From: Opitutaceae bacterium | GTDB lineage: Bacteria; Verrucomicrobiota; Verrucomicrobiia; Opitutales; Coraliomargaritaceae | Assembly (NCBI GenBank): GCA_051252375.1 | Contig: JBPOFY010000001.1 | Location: forward strand, 32,001 to 96,000 | Reading direction: 5' to 3' | DNA length: 64,000 nt | Shown here: positions 57,972-64,000 of the stretch, one piece after another | Numbering within the stretch: position 1 is the stretch's first letter | How the letters are laid out: each line of letters opens with the position of its first letter | Translations under genes and position numbers: made by a program | Notes under the pieces: model-generated | Seen by the model: the letters and a program-made list of their open reading frames with translations, nothing else | Told to the model about the DNA's origin: nothing | Databases searched by the model: none

Positions 57972-58814
57972 CTAAATCAAAATATTATCGATCAAACGTG
58001 TTTGATCGACCCAAACGGAGACGGTGATGACTTGCTTGCCGGGGAGAATCTCGCGGGCGGGCTTCATCGTATCGCGATCGACGATCTGAACGTAGATCAC
58101 TCGGACACGGCGAGAGAGTGATAAGTTGTGTGTAATTTCGGCCACCACGCGATCGACGCTGCGGGTGCCCTCTTCGATCATACTTTTCGCGATATTGAGC
58201 GACTTTGAAATGCTCAATGCCTCGGAGCGCTGTAAAGTCGACAAATATGCGTTGCGCGAACTGGTGGCTAGACCATCAGGGTCGCGATGAGTCGCCCCGA
58301 TCACGACCTCGGCAGGGATATTCAAATCATTCACCATCTTGCGGATCACGGCGCATTGCTGCGCATCTTTTTGACCAAACACCGCGATGTCGGGGCGAGT
58401 GATGTTAAAGAGCTTCAGGCAAACCGTCGTCACACCACGAAAATGATGTGGGCGGGAAACGCCACAAAGTCCGTCCGTAATGACTTCCTCAGTCACATAA
58501 GTGGAATAACCGTCGGGATACATTTCACTGAGCGATGGGTTGAATACTATATCGGCACCGCGCTCGCGGCATTTCTCGATATCTTCCTCCAACATACGGG
58601 GATAGCGGTCATAATCCTCGTTCGGCCCGAATTGGGTGGGGTTGACAAATATCGAAACAATGACTTTGTCTGCCTTTTCCTTGGCAATATCAATCAATGA
58701 GAGATGCCCTTCGTGCAGGCAGCCCATCGTCGGGACCAGCCCGATCAATCGACCGCTGGAGCGCAAGCCGATGGCGTGAGATTGCATTTCGTTGACCGAT
58801 TGAATTGTCTGCAT
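57972..58814 (-). CDS. panC: Pantoate-beta-alanine ligase
   Basis: VPTMGCLHEGH, SIFVNPTQF, RPHHFRGV, FGQKDAQQ, SSRN, RLIDN. Confidence 0.97.
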   Translation of the reverse strand: MQTIQSVNEMQSHAIGLRSSGRLIGLVPTMGCLHEGHLSLIDIAKEKADKVIVSIFVNPTQFGPNEDYDRYPRMLEEDIEKCRERGADIVFNPSLSEMYPDGYSTYVTEEVITDGLCGVSRPHHFRGVTTVCLKLFNITRPDIAVFGQKDAQQCAVIRKMVNDLNIPAEVVIGATHRDPDGLATSSRNAYLSTLQRSEALSISKSLNIAKSMIEEGTRSVDRVVAEITHNLSLSRRVRVIYVQIVDRDTMKPAREILPGKQVITVSVWVDQTRLIDNILI

Positions 58815-58928
58815 AATAAAGTTTCCGCATTGATTTCGTAGCGGATACCTACTTTTTCACAATACTATTCATAAATCAACACACACGAACTCTTAGCCAT
58901 TAGCTATTAAACATTAGGCTTTTTCATT

Positions 58929-60173
<1,245 letters not shown>

Positions 60174-60194
60174 ACGCTTCGACAGTTTAATTTC

Positions 60195-60230
60195 AAAAGG
60201 CCGTCTTTGCTTCGCAGAGGCGGCCTTTTT
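60195..60230 (+). terminator. Intrinsic terminator
   Basis: AAAAGGCCGTCTTTGC-ttc-GCAGAGGCGGCCTTTTT. Confidence 0.85.
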
Positions 60231-60307
60231 GATTACGAGAATGGGAAGGTAGGGACGTCTAGAATGTCACTGCCTCAAGGATTAGGGACAATTGGGGCAG
60301 GAAAATA

Positions 60308-60403
60308 GGTAGCGGCGATGGTCCCCATCGCCACACGTCTGTGCCACTCAACCTGACTAAGAGCGAAACACATGCAATGGCGGTCGGGACGACCGCCCCT
60401 ACC
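60308..60403. repeat. GTAG-type REP doublet (REPIN-like), copy 3
   Basis: Near-identical ends and spacer segment GAGCGAAACACATGCA shared with 6890..6984. Confidence 0.85.
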
Positions 60404-60410
60404 GCAAAGC

Positions 60411-61148
60411 TCAATCGCGATTCCGGAACGTTAACTTGATCGTATGCATTTTCCCGGTCGGCGTAGGACCGGCTGTAGTGACCTTACGAAAAGCGGAGCG
60501 AATCGACTCGTCAAAAATGGCGTTTCCAGAACTTGGTCGAATACGTATATTGCTAATCCGACCCGAGGCAGAGACATCAAAAGAGACTTCTGAAACCAAT
60601 CCGGCATTAGCTAAACTCGCAGGCTTGATCCATGCGCTATTCAAGCGGGCATTGATCTGTGAGGCGTAGCGGCTCAGCGCGTCTTGCTCTTGCGGCGACA
60701 TATTACGATCCGAGGGCGTGGTGACCGTAGCATTCGGAATGTTGATGACCGGCGTATTGATCACAATCGGTTTGATCGTCTGCGTTGGACGCGGGGTTGG
60801 CGGCTTTCGCTGCTTGATCGGATTTTGTTCAAAAAATTCAGCGGCGCTCATCAACTTCGCCGGTGTCGGCGCAGGTGTAGTGTCTCGAGTGGGCGTGGGA
60901 GCGGGGGGCGTCGGCGTGGCCACCTCTGGGATCTCCGGCAAATCCAAGGGCTCGACGGGTTCAACGGGGGGCGGCGTGTCGACCGCGACCTGCGTCGATT
61001 GCTCACTCGGCGTCTCAAACACCTCGAAGACGTGTATCTTCTCCTTCGGCTTGAATGCCTGAATAATCGTTGCGAGCAATAAACCAAACAGCACCACCAA
61101 GTGGATAATCACTGAGGTCCAGAATGCTTGGTTTTTACGAAAGTTCAT
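60411..61148 (-). CDS. TolA/TonB-like energy transducer
   Basis: TM with SVIIH motif, Pro-rich linker, C-terminal WIKP...SSGNAIFDES. Confidence 0.85.
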   Translation of the reverse strand: MNFRKNQAFWTSVIIHLVVLFGLLLATIIQAFKPKEKIHVFEVFETPSEQSTQVAVDTPPPVEPVEPLDLPEIPEVATPTPPAPTPTRDTTPAPTPAKLMSAAEFFEQNPIKQRKPPTPRPTQTIKPIVINTPVINIPNATVTTPSDRNMSPQEQDALSRYASQINARLNSAWIKPASLANAGLVSEVSFDVSASGRISNIRIRPSSGNAIFDESIRSAFRKVTTAGPTPTGKMHTIKLTFRNRD

Positions 61149-61260
61149 TTTTTAAAAGTAGTCCCTATACTGTAAGACGGGAATAGACGAAATATATTAG
61201 AGAAAATCCCATGTCACGTCGTCTATGTTTTGCGCATTTCGTCTCTTTGGTAGTCAAATA

Positions 61261-61674
61261 TCACTCCGCTTTAGTGTCCAAACTGATCTTCGAGAGCTTC
61301 CGCGCCTTGATCATATCGATGACGGTGATGACTTTTTGATAAGGAATCGAAGCGTCGCCTCGAATACTCAAGACTGGCGGCGCAGGATCCATCGCCACGG
61401 CATCCAATCGGTCCGCGAGCTGCACAATCGTGACCTGATCAGGTCCCCAAAAATAATTACCAGCCTTATCAATCGAGATGGATTGAAAGTCCTCACGTTC
61501 CTCAGGTTGCGGCTTCGCTCCTTCGACCGGTAGGCTGACCTCGATCGTCTGCTCCAAGAGCGGCGTCGTGATCATAAAGATAATCAGCAACGCAAAGGCC
61601 AAGTCGATCAACGGCGTAACGTTGATCTCGGTCAAGGCGGAGAGCCGATTTTTACGATGGAATTTACGAGCCAC
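61261..61674 (-). CDS. ExbD/TolR family protein
   Basis: EINVTPLIDLAFALLIIFMIT, IRGDASIPYQKV. Confidence 0.92.
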   Translation of the reverse strand: MARKFHRKNRLSALTEINVTPLIDLAFALLIIFMITTPLLEQTIEVSLPVEGAKPQPEEREDFQSISIDKAGNYFWGPDQVTIVQLADRLDAVAMDPAPPVLSIRGDASIPYQKVITVIDMIKARKLSKISLDTKAE

Positions 61675-61716
61675 TTTTTTGAATTAAGAAAGACGAATGT
61701 AGAATTAAGAAAGATC

Positions 61717-62451
61717 TTATGCTTCGGCGGCAGCGGCTTGAGCTTCGAGCTCGAGGCGGTCGGCCACGGTGCTGGCAAAGTTCTCCAATTCAACCACAGC
61801 GATCTTGGTGTTTTGCAGTAGATAATTGTAACCGAAAACAGATGGGATTGCGACGACTAGACCGGCAACCGTGGTGAGCAGCGCGCCAGAAACACCCGGA
61901 GCGAGACTTTGCAAACTAGCGGAACCCGCACCGGCCATACCTCCAAAAGCGTCCATTACACCCCAAACCGTGCCAAGCAGGCCAAGGAACGGAGCTCCCG
62001 TCACAATCGAGCCAAGCAGCACCATTTTGGATTCGTAGCGAATGATCTGTTCGGCCACTGCGCGTTGTAGCGCGTTTTCCACATGCCCCATCCGCAGGGT
62101 CGCACGGTGAGTATCGGTGTCAACCACTGCACCACCATAACGGAAAAAGGCTTCGAGCGCATCACGAACAATATTATAGTAAGGGCCACTTCCCTTCCCG
62201 GGACGCTCGGCATCTAAGGCGAGCAAATGTGGCTCTTTGCTAAGCGAACGCTCGTAGCGTAAATTCTGAGCACGCAACTTGGACAAATCGAGGTGCTTCC
62301 CCAACATCACCGTCCAAGCGACAATACTGAACAGCGCCAGAATGAAAATGACCACCTTGCCAGCGAAATTCGACTGCGCAAAATAAGTGAAAACATTGGG
62401 CCCTGAGGCCGCTTGAATGAAAATCGAATCGAATAAGAAAGTGAAACTCAT
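61717..62451 (-). CDS. MotA/TolQ/ExbB proton channel protein
   Basis: APFLGLLGTVWGVM, APGVSGALLTTVAGLVVAIPS; start at MSFTF. Confidence 0.92.
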   Translation of the reverse strand: MSFTFLFDSIFIQAASGPNVFTYFAQSNFAGKVVIFILALFSIVAWTVMLGKHLDLSKLRAQNLRYERSLSKEPHLLALDAERPGKGSGPYYNIVRDALEAFFRYGGAVVDTDTHRATLRMGHVENALQRAVAEQIIRYESKMVLLGSIVTGAPFLGLLGTVWGVMDAFGGMAGAGSASLQSLAPGVSGALLTTVAGLVVAIPSVFGYNYLLQNTKIAVVELENFASTVADRLELEAQAAAAEA

Positions 62452-62610
62452 GTCTAGATCAGTAAAGGTGTATGCTGGATAGACCGCTATTAACAACGGA
62501 CGTTCAATTCCCTGCCAGCAAAAAACCGAAAAAGCTTTCCACAGCTTATACACAAAAGATTTGCTCCACCGCATTCTCAGACCTAAATATGCCCATTTAC
62601 AAAACTTCCT

Positions 62611-63720
62611 ATGGACAACAAAAACCTCACTCTTAGCGAATTACAGGAAAAAGCCTCCAACGCACCTCAAATCAAAGTGCTCGTCGGTATCGACGGCTTC
62701 GTCGACAAGATCGTCCATCCAGTGGACAAGCGGCACGGCCCCGGCGACCAGTTCGAAGCGATTAAAACGATCACTGAGTTTGGTGCACGTATTAGTTCCG
62801 CCGCGGGTAAAAGCGCTAACATCGAACTCGCTCCTGTAGTCGAGAAGCTCGGCGGCAACGGCCCAATCATGGCCAACGCACAAAGTGCCCATGGTCTGCA
62901 AGTTCGCTATCTTGGCGCATTGGGCAAAGCTGCTATCCACCCAGTTTTCGAAGAGTTCGCAAAGAAAACCAACGCCATCTCCATCACTGATCCGGGCGTG
63001 ACCCACGCCGCGGAGTTCACCGACGGCAAGATCATGCTCGGCTCGATGGCCAGCCTCGACGAAATCAACTACGAGCACATCGTCACCGCAATGGGTGCTG
63101 ACGAGTTGGCCAAGGTATTCGGCGAGTCCGACTGCATCGCGATGGTCAATTGGACGATGATCCCCTACCTCTCCGATGTTTTCCGCGATTTCCTCCAGCG
63201 CTTGCTACCGGTCGTAAAGCCCAATCCAGAACGCACCTTCTTCTTCGACCTCGCCGACCCTGAAAAACGCTCCGAGGCTGACCTGCTCGAGGTGCTCGAC
63301 CTGTTCGGTCAATTCGAACAATTCGGCAAAGTCATCCTCGGCCTCAATTTGCGCGAAGCCGAACAAGTCGAAAAACTCCTCGGTTTCGATGCACTCGAAA
63401 ACACGCCGGAAAACTTGCAAGTCATGGCCGAGCGCATCCGCCAAAAGCTCAAGCTCAACACCGTCGTCGTCCACCCAACCGCCGACGCAGCCTGCGCAAC
63501 CCCCGAGGGCACCGCATATGTGAAAGGTCCTTACTGCGACAACCCGAAGATCACCACCGGTGCAGGCGATCACTTTAACTCTGGCTTTGTAACCGGTCGC
63601 CTGATCGGTCTCTCACCAGCTGCGGCACTCACGGTCGCTGTGGCCACTTCTGGATTCTACGTGCGCACCGCAGTGAGCCCATCGCTCGACGAGCTCGACG
63701 AGTTCATTAGCACTTGGTAA
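62611..63720 (+). CDS. PfkB/ribokinase family carbohydrate kinase
   Basis: KLGGNGPIMANA, TTGAGDHFNSG. Confidence 0.85.
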   Translation: MDNKNLTLSELQEKASNAPQIKVLVGIDGFVDKIVHPVDKRHGPGDQFEAIKTITEFGARISSAAGKSANIELAPVVEKLGGNGPIMANAQSAHGLQVRYLGALGKAAIHPVFEEFAKKTNAISITDPGVTHAAEFTDGKIMLGSMASLDEINYEHIVTAMGADELAKVFGESDCIAMVNWTMIPYLSDVFRDFLQRLLPVVKPNPERTFFFDLADPEKRSEADLLEVLDLFGQFEQFGKVILGLNLREAEQVEKLLGFDALENTPENLQVMAERIRQKLKLNTVVVHPTADAACATPEGTAYVKGPYCDNPKITTGAGDHFNSGFVTGRLIGLSPAAALTVAVATSGFYVRTAVSPSLDELDEFISTW

Positions 63721-63723
63721 AAG

Positions 63724-64000
63724 ATGGCAGGCTTATTCATCAGTTTTGAAGGCGGCGAAGGCTGTGGCAAATCCACTCAGATTCGCACCCTAAATGAAAG
63801 CCTGCAAGCTGCTGGCCACAAGGTCGTGCAAACCCGCGAACCGGGCGGCACACCACTCGGCGAAGCGATTCGCAACTTGCTCCAACACGATGAAGTCGGC
63901 GAAGGCATGTGCCCCGAAGTGGAGCTTCTGCTCTTTACAGCTAGCCGCGCACAACACGCCCGCGCACTGATCCAGCCTGCCATCGACAACGGTCAAATCG
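63724..64000 (+). CDS. tmk: Thymidylate kinase (3'-truncated by window edge)
   Basis: Read from sequence: MAGLFISFEGGEGCGKSTQ...TREPGGTPLGEAIR...ELLLFTASRAQH. Confidence 0.93.
   Translation, partial: MAGLFISFEGGEGCGKSTQIRTLNESLQAAGHKVVQTREPGGTPLGEAIRNLLQHDEVGEGMCPEVELLLFTASRAQHARALIQPAIDNGQI

Overview
A gene-dense, mostly housekeeping 64 kb bacterial chromosome segment. It is most likely from Verrucomicrobia (Opitutales/Coraliomargarita-Lentimonas-like); this is inferred from the Verru_Chthon-type pilin cassette, the stand-alone SWIB protein and overall gene style. Contents: nickel-pincer cofactor genes (larE, larC, larB) with no larA, five prepilin-type genes, two tandem DEAD-box helicases, tRNA-Ser(GCT), pabB/pabC, a Fur-boxed TonB receptor/ABC uptake locus, many core metabolic genes (pyrE, panCDE, pheA, ilvD, pgi, aroQ, nadB, dapL, tmk), tolQ/tolR/tolA-like genes, several REP/REPIN-like palindromic doublets and short intergenic oligomer arrays. 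The best candidate for an undescribed system is at 31.1-40.9 kb. There, a LuxD-like acyl-ACP thioesterase (intact Ser/Asp/His triad motifs) is fused to a SAM methyltransferase. It is translationally coupled to a multi-TM sensor kinase, a degenerate GGDEF/receiver protein and a receiver-kinase. A divergent pseudo-receiver kinase plus a FadL fatty-acid channel face it. The layout suggests a fatty-acid-methyl-ester signal synthesis/sensing (quorum-sensing-like) module analogous to Ralstonia phcBSR. Other highlights: a Tat-exported aldo/keto reductase and a mini HupE/UreJ-like peptide flanking larECB, a highly structured switch-like 5' leader before the second DEAD-box helicase, a PheA with a doubled chorismate mutase domain, and an unlisted 48-aa lipoprotein. 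All assignments come from motif recognition by eye; no searches were run.
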